Positions 48,048 through 56,340 of a DNA stretch of 64,000 nt are shown here, piece by piece. The stretch lies in NCBI GenBank assembly GCA_965277805.1, contig OZ255842.1, positions 2,400,001 to 2,464,000 on the forward strand. Direction: 5' to 3'. The translations under genes were made by a program, and so were the position numbers. A model generated the notes under the pieces. The model was not told the origin of the DNA, ran no database searches, and saw only the letters and a list, made by a program, of their open reading frames with translations. Within the stretch, counting starts at the first letter, position 1, and each line of letters begins with the position of its first letter. The DNA is from Candidatus Lustribacter sp. Its GTDB lineage: Bacteria > Vulcanimicrobiota > Vulcanimicrobiia > Vulcanimicrobiales > Vulcanimicrobiaceae.

Positions 48048-48942
48048 GGTTGAAGTGTCGCAGACGATCGATACCCCAGCTAGCCGGGCCGTTATCCCCG
48101 GGATAGGGCCCACCACGCTAACTCCGAGCGGCGACTTCGAGACCGAACGCCGTCACGAGCTCCGGCGCTTCCTAATGAGTCGGCGCGCTCGCTTGCAGCC
48201 GGCCGACGTCGGCCTGCCCGAAACGGCCCGCCGCCGCACCCCGGGTCTGCGCCGCGAGGAAGTGGCTCAGTTGGCGGGCCTCAGCGCCGAATGGTACACG
48301 CTCTTCGAGATGGCCAAGGACTTGCGTGTGTCGACGCGCACGGTCGACGCGGTCGCTAAAGCCCTGCGGCTAAGCGAGCCGGAGACGCGCCACTTGCACG
48401 GCCTCGTGAGCGGGGATCTGCCGCGACAGACGCCGACGGCCACCGGTGAGGACGTCGCTCCCGCGTTACTTGCCGTCCTCGACGGCTACACGGCCGGACC
48501 GGCGATGCTCCTGAACACGCGCATGGACGTCATCGCCGCAAACCGGCTTGCGGGCGCGGTCTTCGGCGACCTGATCCAAGCCGCCGGCGAGCGTAAAAAT
48601 TGGCTTTGGTACCTCTACGCGAACCACGAGCGGATCAGCGAATGGGAGACGCAAGCGCGTCAAGTCGCCGCGACGTTTCGCGGCGTGTTCTGCGAGCACG
48701 CAACCGACCAAAGCTACGTCGAACTCGTGCGCAGCTTATCGGAGGCGAGCGAACCGTTCCGCACGCACTGGGAATCTCACGACGTGAGCCGGCTTGACGG
48801 AGCGCTGCCGTTGACGATCGAGCACACGGCCTACGGCACGCTGCGCTTCACGATGCAGGTGCTCGGGCAACCCGGCAGCGCTGCGACCTATTGCTGCTTT
48901 CTCGTTCCCGATGCCGAGTCGGCGCGCGCGTTATCCGGCTAA
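48046..48942 (+). CDS. XRE-HTH + MmyB-like ligand-binding transcriptional regulator
   Basis: ELRRFLMSRRARLQPADVGLP..RRTPGLRREEVAQLAG; start codon uncertain; divergent from yceI. Confidence 0.88.
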   Translation: MVEVSQTIDTPASRAVIPGIGPTTLTPSGDFETERRHELRRFLMSRRARLQPADVGLPETARRRTPGLRREEVAQLAGLSAEWYTLFEMAKDLRVSTRTVDAVAKALRLSEPETRHLHGLVSGDLPRQTPTATGEDVAPALLAVLDGYTAGPAMLLNTRMDVIAANRLAGAVFGDLIQAAGERKNWLWYLYANHERISEWETQARQVAATFRGVFCEHATDQSYVELVRSLSEASEPFRTHWESHDVSRLDGALPLTIEHTAYGTLRFTMQVLGQPGSAATYCCFLVPDAESARALSG

Positions 48943-49625
48943 CGCGACGCCGTTTTCATCGCCGCGTGAATCTTCTCGGTGTTGCCTTCTTGCCCGGCCT
49001 GGGCGATGGCGCTGGTTTGCGGCGCCATCGTGAACACTTCGCTGATGCTCGTGTAATCGTGGTAGCCCATCCGCGCTAGCGGCCGCATCCGTTCGATATC
49101 GAGCCGCCCGTCGGTGCGAATGTAGCCGTCGGCGATGTGCACGGCAACGACGCGTCCGATGATCAGCGTGAAGCTGCCCATCGGTGAGTCGCCCGGGATG
49201 AACACGGTCGTATGCAGTTTGCACTCGAAGTTCACCGGAGATTCGGCCACGCGCGGCGGCTTCACCAAGCGCGAAGCCGCTTTCGTCAGTCCGGTGACCT
49301 CGAACTCGTCGATCTCCGGGCCGTACTCGCGCGATGAGACGACGACCGCCTCGCGCAGCTCGTAGGTCGCCATGTTCCACACGAACTCGCCGGTGCGCTC
49401 GATGTTGACGACCGTGTCTTTTTCGCGCCCGTCGAAGTTCGCATTGCACGCCGCCATCACGTAGGGCGGGTCGAACGTGGCGTTGTTGAACTGACTGAAG
49501 GGCGCGAGGTTTGCGACGCCGTCGAGCGAGACCGTCGAGAGCCAGCCGATCGGCCGGGGCACGACGCACGATTTGAACGGATCGAAGGGCAAGCCGTGAT
49601 GCGACGTGCCCGGTTCGTAATACAT
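48939..49625 (-). CDS. Flavin reductase family (FMN-binding split barrel) protein
   Basis: VVPRPIGWLST, NLAPFS.FN, KDT..NIERTGEFV, PLARMG. Confidence 0.92.
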   Translation of the reverse strand: MYYEPGTSHHGLPFDPFKSCVVPRPIGWLSTVSLDGVANLAPFSQFNNATFDPPYVMAACNANFDGREKDTVVNIERTGEFVWNMATYELREAVVVSSREYGPEIDEFEVTGLTKAASRLVKPPRVAESPVNFECKLHTTVFIPGDSPMGSFTLIIGRVVAVHIADGYIRTDGRLDIERMRPLARMGYHDYTSISEVFTMAPQTSAIAQAGQEGNTEKIHAAMKTASR

Positions 49626-49671
49626 TCGCAACCCCTGACCTGCGACGGCTTCGCCGCAGGTCGGGACGCTA

Positions 49672-50379
49672 CTATGCCGTGGAGGCCGTGGCCTTTACGC
49701 GGGTCGGGTCGATCTTCACGCCGGGGCCCATCGTGCTGGCGAGCGTGATGGAGCGCAGGTAGGTGCCCTTGGCCGCGGACGGCTTGGCGCGCACGATCGC
49801 GTCGATCAGCGTGTCAATGTTCTCGGTCAGCGCCTTCTCTTCGAAGTTCGCCTTGCCGATGAGCGTATGCACGATCGCCGTCTTGTCGAGGCGATACTCG
49901 ACCTTACCGGCCTTGATGTCGCGGATCGCGTTGCCGATATTCGGCGTCACGGTACCCGACTTGGGGTTCGGCATCTTCTGCGCGAGGATACGGCCGAGTT
50001 CTTTACCGATCGTCGCCATCATATCGGGCGTCGCCACGGCGACGTCGAAATCGCTGAAACCGGCTTTGACCTTCTCGACCAAATCGTTTTCGCCGACCAC
50101 ATCGGCGCCGGCCGCCTCAGCCTCTTTGAGTTTGTCGCCGCGTGCAAACGCGATCACGCGCACCGACCGGCCCGTGCCGTGCGGCAGGCTGACCGTGCCG
50201 CGCACGTTCTGATCGGACTTCTTCGGATCGACGCCCAGCCGGACGTGGATCTCGATCGTCTCGTTGAATTTCGCGTTGGCGTTCTTCTTCACGAGCGCGA
50301 CCGCTTCGTTCGTCGGGAACAGCGCTTCGGCATCGAAGGCCGCGAGGAGGTTCTTGAACCGCTTACCGTGCTTCTTCAT
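49672..50379 (-). CDS. rplA: 50S ribosomal protein L1
   Basis: [37 protein letters not shown]. Confidence 0.99.
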   Translation of the reverse strand: MKKHGKRFKNLLAAFDAEALFPTNEAVALVKKNANAKFNETIEIHVRLGVDPKKSDQNVRGTVSLPHGTGRSVRVIAFARGDKLKEAEAAGADVVGENDLVEKVKAGFSDFDVAVATPDMMATIGKELGRILAQKMPNPKSGTVTPNIGNAIRDIKAGKVEYRLDKTAIVHTLIGKANFEEKALTENIDTLIDAIVRAKPSAAKGTYLRSITLASTMGPGVKIDPTRVKATASTA

Positions 50380-50380
50380 G

Positions 50381-50803
50381 CTAAGCGACCTCGACGCCCA
50401 TCGAACGGGCCGTGCCGGCGATGATCTTCTTCGCGTGTTCGATGTCGTTCGCGTTGAGGTCGGGCATCTTCGTCGTCGCGATCTCGGTGATCTGCGCTTG
50501 CGTCAGCTTGCCGACTTTATTGCGGTTGGGTTCTTTCGATCCGGATTCGAGTCCGAGCGCGCGCTTGATCAAGAACGACGCCGGCGGCGTCTTCGTGATG
50601 AACGTGAACGTGCGGTCTTCGAACACCGTGATCTCGACCGGGATGATCATCCCGGGCTGGCTCGCAGTACGTTCGTTGTACTGCTTGCAGAAATCCATGA
50701 TGTTGAGCGAGTAGGGCCCGAGTGCGGGGCCGACCGGCGGTGCCGGGGTCGCTTTGCCGGCCGGCAAGGCTAAGCCGATTTTGCCGACGACTTTCTTCGC
50801 CAT
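50381..50803 (-). CDS. rplK: 50S ribosomal protein L11
   Basis: [35 protein letters not shown]. Confidence 0.99.
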   Translation of the reverse strand: MAKKVVGKIGLALPAGKATPAPPVGPALGPYSLNIMDFCKQYNERTASQPGMIIPVEITVFEDRTFTFITKTPPASFLIKRALGLESGSKEPNRNKVGKLTQAQITEIATTKMPDLNANDIEHAKKIIAGTARSMGVEVA

Positions 50804-50847
50804 ATTGTACTCCTAACGAACCGCTCTCGCGATTCTGCCCCCTTGGG

Positions 50848-50879
50848 TCGGTCCGGCGGCGGGGTCGCCCTCCGGATCG
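50848..50879 (-). promoter_or_regulatory. Putative L1-binding leader hairpin upstream of rplK
   Basis: CCGGAGGG-CGAC-CCCGCCGCCGG: stem with a GGAG asymmetric internal loop, as in L1 operator sites. Confidence 0.45.
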
Positions 50880-50905
50880 GCGCGCCCGAAGCGCGCAACC
50901 TGTCA

Positions 50906-50935
50906 ATTATACCGTACCGGGTCTTACTTTGTCAC
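50906..50935 (-). promoter_or_regulatory. Sigma70-type promoter for rplKA
   Basis: GTGACA-18 nt-TATAAT. Confidence 0.6.
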
Positions 50936-51265
50936 CCCGAGCGGAGCGCCGAACGGCGCGGAGCCGAGGGGCGTGCCACGACCGGTGCGTGCGGGGACCA
51001 AGTCGCCCTCGATCGTGGCGAGGGCCGCATGCCGGGCCGCCGCACTCACGAACCACCCGGCAAGCAAGCTCAAAAGCGCCACATCGTCGAGCAAGCCAAG
51101 AAACGGGATATCCCCAAGGATGTTCACCGGAGAGACGATCAGCAGGGCCAGCACCCCGGCGATGAGCTTGAGATGCAGCGGCACCAGGGGGCTCCGCATC
51201 AGCCGGAACGCGTCCTGAAACTTATGCCAAACCCGGAACAGACGAAAAAACCGCAACATTCTCAT
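50924..51265 (-). CDS. YkvA/DUF1232-family small membrane protein
   Basis: VPLHLKLI...VSPVNILGDIPFLGLLDD. Confidence 0.8.
   Translation of the reverse strand: MRMLRFFRLFRVWHKFQDAFRLMRSPLVPLHLKLIAGVLALLIVSPVNILGDIPFLGLLDDVALLSLLAGWFVSAAARHAALATIEGDLVPARTGRGTPLGSAPFGAPLGVTK
50930..50972 (+). repeat. REP-like repeat, long form
   Basis: TGTCACCCCGAGCGGA-GCGCCG-AA-CGGCGC-GGAGCCGAGGGGC. Confidence 0.75.
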
Positions 51266-51300
51266 GCTGCGGTTCTACCCATTCGGGGCCCGAAAGTTGC

Positions 51301-51945
51301 CTAGACTTTTTCGATTTGGTAGAACTCGAGTTCGACCGGGGTTTCGCGGCCGAAGATCGAGATGAGCGCGCGGACCTTTTCTTTTTCCGGCTGGATGTCG
51401 TCGACGATGCCGGTGAAATCGAAGAACGGGCCCGAGGTGACCTTGATGCGGTCGCCCTTGGCGAAGTCGATCTTGAGCTTGGGCGTCTCGATGCCCATCT
51501 GCTTGAGGATCGTTTTGACTTCTTTTTCTTGCAGCGGAACGGGCTTCTCACCCGAACCAGGCGAGCCCACGAATCCGGTTACGCCGCTCGTGTTGCGCAC
51601 GACGTACCAAGACGCGTCGTCCATGTCCATCTCGACGAGCACGTAGCCCGGGAAGACTTTCTTCGGCGTGATCTTGCGCTTGCCGTCCTTGAACTCGACT
51701 TCGTCTTCCATCGGAACGAGCACGCGGAAGATCTTGTCCTGCATGTTCATCGAGTGGATGCGGCGCTCGAGGTTCGCCTTCACCTTGTTCTCGTAACCCG
51801 AGTAGGTGTGAATGACGAACCAGTTCTTATTGGTTTTCGCCTTCGCTGCGGGCGCCGTCGTGTCGACGTTCGCGTCGACGACGGCATCGCCGGCGTCTTC
51901 GACGATCGCGACGTTTTCGGCGTTTTCGACCGTAGTCTGATCCAT
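51301..51945 (-). CDS. nusG: Transcription antitermination factor NusG
   Basis: WFVIHTYSGYENKVK, FPGYVLVEM, KOW GPFFDFTG, IFGRETPVEL; start ATG 51945. Confidence 0.98.
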   Translation of the reverse strand: MDQTTVENAENVAIVEDAGDAVVDANVDTTAPAAKAKTNKNWFVIHTYSGYENKVKANLERRIHSMNMQDKIFRVLVPMEDEVEFKDGKRKITPKKVFPGYVLVEMDMDDASWYVVRNTSGVTGFVGSPGSGEKPVPLQEKEVKTILKQMGIETPKLKIDFAKGDRIKVTSGPFFDFTGIVDDIQPEKEKVRALISIFGRETPVELEFYQIEKV

Positions 51946-52238
51946 TAGCGTGTTCCGCCCGTGAGGAAGCTGAAGATCGCGCCGAACGCGAGATCGCAGA
52001 GATAGGTGAAGACGCCGACGCCGATGACCAGCATCACGGTCAGGATCGTCGCCGCGACCCACTCTTCGCGCGACGGCCACGTGACGCGCTTCATCTCCGA
52101 GATGATGCCGCGGAAAAACTCTTGCGTGGCGCGCGCGTTTTTCGCTCGAGCCGCGGTTGCGGCCGGGCGAGCGGCCGGCGTGCGGTTCGAGGCACCGGCG
52201 CGTGCCGGGGTTCCCGGACCTTTAGGAGTCGATTTCAT
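51945..52238 (-). CDS. secE: Preprotein translocase subunit SecE
   Basis: SEMKRVTWPSR followed by one TM; located between tRNA-Trp and nusG. Confidence 0.95.
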   Translation of the reverse strand: MKSTPKGPGTPARAGASNRTPAARPAATAARAKNARATQEFFRGIISEMKRVTWPSREEWVAATILTVMLVIGVGVFTYLCDLAFGAIFSFLTGGTR

Positions 52239-52264
52239 GGTGTGCTCTTATACCGCAAAAAATC

Positions 52265-52340
52265 TGGCAGGGCGGACAGGACTCGAACCTGCAACCGACG
52301 GTTTTGGAGACCGCAACTCTACCAATTGAGCTACCGCCCT
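52265..52340 (-). tRNA. tRNA-Trp(CCA)
   Basis: AGGGCGG...CTCCAAA...GTTCGAGTC...CCGCCCTGCCA cloverleaf with encoded CCA. Confidence 0.97.
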
Positions 52341-52353
52341 CAGCTGGGTCGTT

Positions 52354-52518
52354 TTACTTGGTTTCCCGGTGGGGTTTGTGGCAGCGGCAAAAGCGGCAGT
52401 ACTTGCTCAGCTCGAGCCGGTCGGTGGTGTTCTGCTTGTTCTTGAACGTGTTGTAGTTCCGGCGCTTGCACTCGGTGCAGGCCATCGTTACCATCACGCG
52501 GTTCTCTTTTTTTGCCAT
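52354..52518 (-). CDS. rpmG: 50S ribosomal protein L33 (Zn-binding type)
   Basis: Below the ORF-track cutoff: [54 protein letters not shown]. Confidence 0.97.
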   Translation of the reverse strand: MAKKENRVMVTMACTECKRRNYNTFKNKQNTTDRLELSKYCRFCRCHKPHRETK

Positions 52519-52685
52519 CGTTCAATCCGTAAGGGTGTCTAGCGCCGGACATAAAGAAAACGGGGCCGGGCCCGTTCCAGGCGTTCATGATAGCATACCG
52601 CCAAGCTCCCCCACAAGGGCGGGCCGCTTGCCGCGAGCTCGCTGAGAAAGGTGACCATGCCAGCCGCTCGAGCCGGGATTGACCG

Positions 52686-53078
52686 ATGACCGACCTGCGA
52701 ACCATCCTCGCCGTGGGGGTGGGGGCGGCCGCCGGCGGGATCGCACGCTTGCTCGTGACCCAGCTCGTGCTGGCCCGAGCGGGCGACGGGACCGGACCGT
52801 ACGCGACGATGTTTATCAATATCAGCGGATCGTTCCTGATCGGGATCGTCATCCAGCTCGCGCAATCGCAGCCGGGCCTGCCGCTGATCTGGCGCTACTT
52901 CCTCGCCACCGGCATCCTCGGCGGCTACACGACGTTCTCGACCTTCTCGTTCGAAGCGTTGGCGTATTGGACGGCCGGCTCCGCGCTCAAAGCGCTGCTC
53001 TACGTGGCCGGCAGCGTCGTGCTCGGCATCGCCGGGGCCGCCGCCGGTATCCTGACCGCCCGCACGTTCGCGCACTGA
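52686..53078 (+). CDS. crcB: Fluoride channel FluC/CrcB
   Basis: GGIAR, NISGSFLIG, GILGGYTTFSTFSFE. Confidence 0.95.
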   Translation: MTDLRTILAVGVGAAAGGIARLLVTQLVLARAGDGTGPYATMFINISGSFLIGIVIQLAQSQPGLPLIWRYFLATGILGGYTTFSTFSFEALAYWTAGSALKALLYVAGSVVLGIAGAAAGILTARTFAH

Positions 53079-53269
53079 TGCCGCTCGATCTCGACGTGCT
53101 CTACGCGTGCCCGTCCTGTGGGGAAGAAAATGCGGTCGGCGTCGATCCAACCGGCGGACGACGGCAACGCATTCTCGAGGATTGCCCCGTATGTTGCCGC
53201 CCGCTCGTGTTTCACATCGTGATCGATCGCGACGGCGACGCGATCGTCGAACGCGTGGAGCGCGAGTAG
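53078..53269 (+). CDS. CPXCG-motif cysteine-rich small protein
   Basis: MPLDLDVLYACPSCGEENAVGVDP...EDCPVCCRP; start overlaps the crcB stop. Confidence 0.85.
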   Translation: MPLDLDVLYACPSCGEENAVGVDPTGGRRQRILEDCPVCCRPLVFHIVIDRDGDAIVERVERE

Positions 53270-53277
53270 AAAACGGA

Positions 53278-53355
53278 TGGTGCGACCGGTCAGAATCGAA
53301 CTGACAACCTTGGCCTTAGGAGTGCCCTGCTCTATCCAGATTGAGCTACGGCCGC
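53278..53355 (-). tRNA. tRNA-Arg(CCT)
   Basis: GCGGCCG acceptor, A20 in the D-loop, CT-CCT-AA loop, GTTCGATTC, ACCA end; anticodon stem imperfect. Confidence 0.88.
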
Positions 53356-53425
53356 GCACCTGATCGCACACGTTCGCGAACCGGAAGGGGACCTCCCGGA
53401 ACGAACGAAGGCCCCTCGCTCCGAT

Positions 53426-54949
53426 ATGATGCCGGCGAAGACACAGCACATCCCGCCGATGAGTTCGGCGCCCGACGGCTTTTCAATCGAGCGCGAATTA
53501 CCATCGCGCTTCGCCGCGTTCTACAAGCCGCTGCACGACGCGCTCACGCCGCGCCAGCAGCAGATCATCGCCAACCGCAAAGCGGTGCTCAAAGCCTCGC
53601 TCGACGGCAAGCGCCCGAGTTACCTCGGCCTGTCCGAAGCCGGCAGCGATTGGCGCATCGAATTGCCGGCGTGGTGCGCCGATCAGCGCAATCAGATGAC
53701 GGGGCCGGCCGACGATCACGAGCTGGTCGTGAAGATGCTCAACTCCGGCGCGCCCGGCGTGATGATCGACCTCGAAGATTCGATGGCCAACATCTTCAGC
53801 CACACGCTCAAGGGCATCGACAACGCGGTGGCCGCGTATCACGGCGACCTGACGTACACCGATGCAAGAGGCAGCGGCAAGATCGTGTCGATCGCCGACG
53901 GCCCGGCGGTGTTGTGGACGCGTCCGCGCGGATTGCATCTTTCACAAGCCGGTGTCTACAAAGGTGTGACGTCGGCTTCGCTGTTCGACCTGGCGCTGCT
54001 CGCGTACAAGATCGACTTCTCGCGCCTGAAGCATCCGCTCGCGATCTACATCCCGAAGACCGAATCGGCCGAAGAAGCGCTGTGGTGGCGCGATGCGTTC
54101 GCCGCGATCGCCGTCGCGAAAGGCCAGCCGGCGGATGCCATCAAGTGCATGGCGCTGGTCGAGTCGCATCCGTTCGCCTACCAGATCGAAGAATTTGCCT
54201 ACACGCTGCGCGATCATATCCTTGGGTTGAATCTCGGCCGCTGGGATTACATGGCGAGCCTGATTCACTTCAACCTCGACGATCCGGAGTGGGTGCTGCC
54301 CGACCGCAACACGATCCCGACCGACGTGCCGTTCTTCCAAGCGCTGCGCGAACGGATTCCCGAAGTGTGCCATCATCACGGCCTGCTCGCGATCGGCGGC
54401 ATGACCGCGCTCTTTCCGGATCGCAACAATTTCGAGCTCAACACACGAGCGCTCGAAGCGCTCGAAGCCGACAAGAAAAACGAAGCCGCGTGCCTCTTCG
54501 ACGGCGCGTGGACCGGGCATCCGGATCAGAACGCGATCGCGATCGCGCAATTCCCCCAACCGAATCAGGGGATGAAGCGCAGCCCGATCGCGAACGCCAC
54601 GCCCGACCTGCGGCCCACGCTCGGAAACGTGGGCGCGAAAACGGTGAACGGAACGCGCGCGGCGGTGCGCACCGTCATCCGTTACCGGCACGGCTATCTG
54701 ATGGGCCGCGGTGCATCGCTGCTCGACGGCTACATGGAAGATCTCGCCACCGACCGCATCTACCGCTTGATGATCGCGCAGCGCTATCTCCACGGGATGC
54801 ATAGCGCCGCCGACGTGTCGCGCTTCTTCGATGAGGAACTCGCGCGGCTCTTGGTCGATCCGAACAACGCCAAAGATTCGAAAGTTTTCCGTGAGGCGCG
54901 CCGCCAGAGCGAAGAGATGATCCGCCAGGGGTTCCACGACCCGATCTAG
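53426..54949 (+). CDS. aceB: Malate synthase (A-like)
   Basis: MTGP, DLEDS, RPRGLHL, YIPKTES, GLNLGRWDY, AIGGM, DGAWTGHP, MEDLAT; start uncertain. Confidence 0.92.
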   Translation: MMPAKTQHIPPMSSAPDGFSIERELPSRFAAFYKPLHDALTPRQQQIIANRKAVLKASLDGKRPSYLGLSEAGSDWRIELPAWCADQRNQMTGPADDHELVVKMLNSGAPGVMIDLEDSMANIFSHTLKGIDNAVAAYHGDLTYTDARGSGKIVSIADGPAVLWTRPRGLHLSQAGVYKGVTSASLFDLALLAYKIDFSRLKHPLAIYIPKTESAEEALWWRDAFAAIAVAKGQPADAIKCMALVESHPFAYQIEEFAYTLRDHILGLNLGRWDYMASLIHFNLDDPEWVLPDRNTIPTDVPFFQALRERIPEVCHHHGLLAIGGMTALFPDRNNFELNTRALEALEADKKNEAACLFDGAWTGHPDQNAIAIAQFPQPNQGMKRSPIANATPDLRPTLGNVGAKTVNGTRAAVRTVIRYRHGYLMGRGASLLDGYMEDLATDRIYRLMIAQRYLHGMHSAADVSRFFDEELARLLVDPNNAKDSKVFREARRQSEEMIRQGFHDPI

Positions 54950-54959
54950 CGGATTCCGC

Positions 54960-56201
54960 CTACGCTAGTACGGTGCCGCGGACTTCGCCGAAGTCGACGC
55001 GGTGCGGTCCGGTTCCGGCGACCGCGTGCAAGATCACGGTGTCGCCGTTCTCGAGGAATGCGCGCGTTTCGCCGGACGGTAACGAGACCGGGTTTGCGCC
55101 GCGCCAGCTCAACTCGAGAAAACTGCCGTAGGTGCCGGGCTCGCTGCCGGAAACGGTACCGGTACCGAACAGATCGCCGGCACGGACGCGCGAGCCGTTC
55201 GAGGTCATGTGCGCGAGTTGCTGGGCGACGTTCCAGTACATCTCGCGGAAGTTCGTATGGGAGATGACAGCGGGCGCGATGTTTTGCGCGCGCATCCGCT
55301 CGGTTTGCAGCAAAACCTCGAGCGCGATGTCGTAGGCGTAGTTCTCGCTTACGCGCAGATACGGGAGCGGCGCGGGGTCGAGGACGCGATTGGGGACGCG
55401 GAACGGTTCGAGCGCGTCGAGCGAGACGAGCCAGGGCGAAATCGACGTTGCGAATGACTTGCCGAGGAATGGGCCCAGCGGCACGTATTCCCACGCTTGA
55501 ATGTCGCGCGCGCTCCAGTCGTTGAGCACTACGTAGCCGTAAACGTGATCGCGCACGGCGTCAGCGGGAATCGATTCACCGAGCTTATTGCCGGGGCCGG
55601 TAATCCACGCCATCTCCAATTCGATATCGAGCATCTGCGTCGGGCCGAACATCGGTGCCGGCGCGTCGGGCGCTTTGCGTTGCCCGTGCGGACGGCGGAT
55701 CGGCGTATCGCTTACGACGACGGAACTTGCGCGGCCGTGATAGCCGATCGGGACGTAGCGGTAATTCGGCTGGAGCGGTTCGGTGCCCGGACGTAGGATT
55801 TTTCCCGCGTTCGTGGCGTGCTCGATGCCGGAGAAAAAGTCGACGTAATCTTGCACTTCGATGGGGAGCAACATCGTCGCCGCGCTGCGCGGCACAAGTG
55901 CGCGCATTACGGCTTCTCGTTCGTCCGACGTCGCGGCTTCGCCGAAGAGACGCTGCAGCGTCGCACGCAGCGAACGCCACGCACCGGGACCGTGCGCGAG
56001 AAATGCATTCAGGGTGCGTGCATCAAGCAGCGTTTCGTCATCGAGTAGGCGCTCGCGGATCAACGTCGACAGGTCGACGATCGATGGTCCGATCGCGACG
56101 CCCGGACGCGGAGCGTCGTCCGTGGTAAAGATACCAAGCGGCAGGTTCTCAATACCGAAGCCGCTGCCGTCCGCACCGTTAATCCAAGCTGACATCGCCA
56201 T
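54960..56201 (-). CDS. fahA: Fumarylacetoacetase
   Basis: NLPLGIF, DYVDFF...HA.NAG, YHGRASSVVVS, LDIELE, NDWSARDIQAWEYVPLGPF. Confidence 0.96.
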   Translation of the reverse strand: MAMSAWINGADGSGFGIENLPLGIFTTDDAPRPGVAIGPSIVDLSTLIRERLLDDETLLDARTLNAFLAHGPGAWRSLRATLQRLFGEAATSDEREAVMRALVPRSAATMLLPIEVQDYVDFFSGIEHATNAGKILRPGTEPLQPNYRYVPIGYHGRASSVVVSDTPIRRPHGQRKAPDAPAPMFGPTQMLDIELEMAWITGPGNKLGESIPADAVRDHVYGYVVLNDWSARDIQAWEYVPLGPFLGKSFATSISPWLVSLDALEPFRVPNRVLDPAPLPYLRVSENYAYDIALEVLLQTERMRAQNIAPAVISHTNFREMYWNVAQQLAHMTSNGSRVRAGDLFGTGTVSGSEPGTYGSFLELSWRGANPVSLPSGETRAFLENGDTVILHAVAGTGPHRVDFGEVRGTVLA

Positions 56202-56225
56202 CGCGAATCGCCACCTCTAGGAATG

Positions 56226-56253
56226 AAAAGACCCCTCGCTTCCGAGGGATCTT
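56226..56253 (-). terminator. Rho-independent terminator after tRNA-Thr
   Basis: AAGATCCCTCG-GAAG-CGAGGGGTCTT-TT. Confidence 0.7.
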
Positions 56254-56265
56254 CGTCAAGTGATC

Positions 56266-56340
56266 TGGAGCTGGCGGTCGGGATTGAACCGACGCTCTCG
56301 TCCTTACCAAGGACGTGCTTTACCACTAAGCTACGCCAGC
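56266..56340 (-). tRNA. tRNA-Thr(GGT)
   Basis: GCTGGCG...CGTCC-TTGGTAA-GGACG...GGTTCAATC...CGCCAGCTCCA; intact, no intron. Confidence 0.97.

Noticed and set aside
49633-49664. Intrinsic terminator after rplA
   Set aside because: Strong hairpin but no U-tract, so not called as a terminator
3168-50972. CRISPR array from the recurring ~30-50 bp repeat
   Set aside because: Copies are dispersed kilobases apart with no regular spacers and no cas genes
52520-52685. Fluoride riboswitch upstream of crcB
   Set aside because: No GGCGATGG...GCTGATGAC-type consensus visible; the region looks like divergent promoters
53278-53355. Amber (CTA) suppressor reading of the anticodon loop
   Set aside because: The only register giving stem pairing centres CCT, and the Arg identity base A20 is present
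56266-56340. Group I intron in tRNA-Thr
   Set aside because: The 75-nt cloverleaf is contiguous; the nuclease ORF lies upstream, not in the anticodon loop
52265-56340. Integrative element at a tRNA
   Set aside because: No integrase and no duplicated tRNA 3' end noticed in the window
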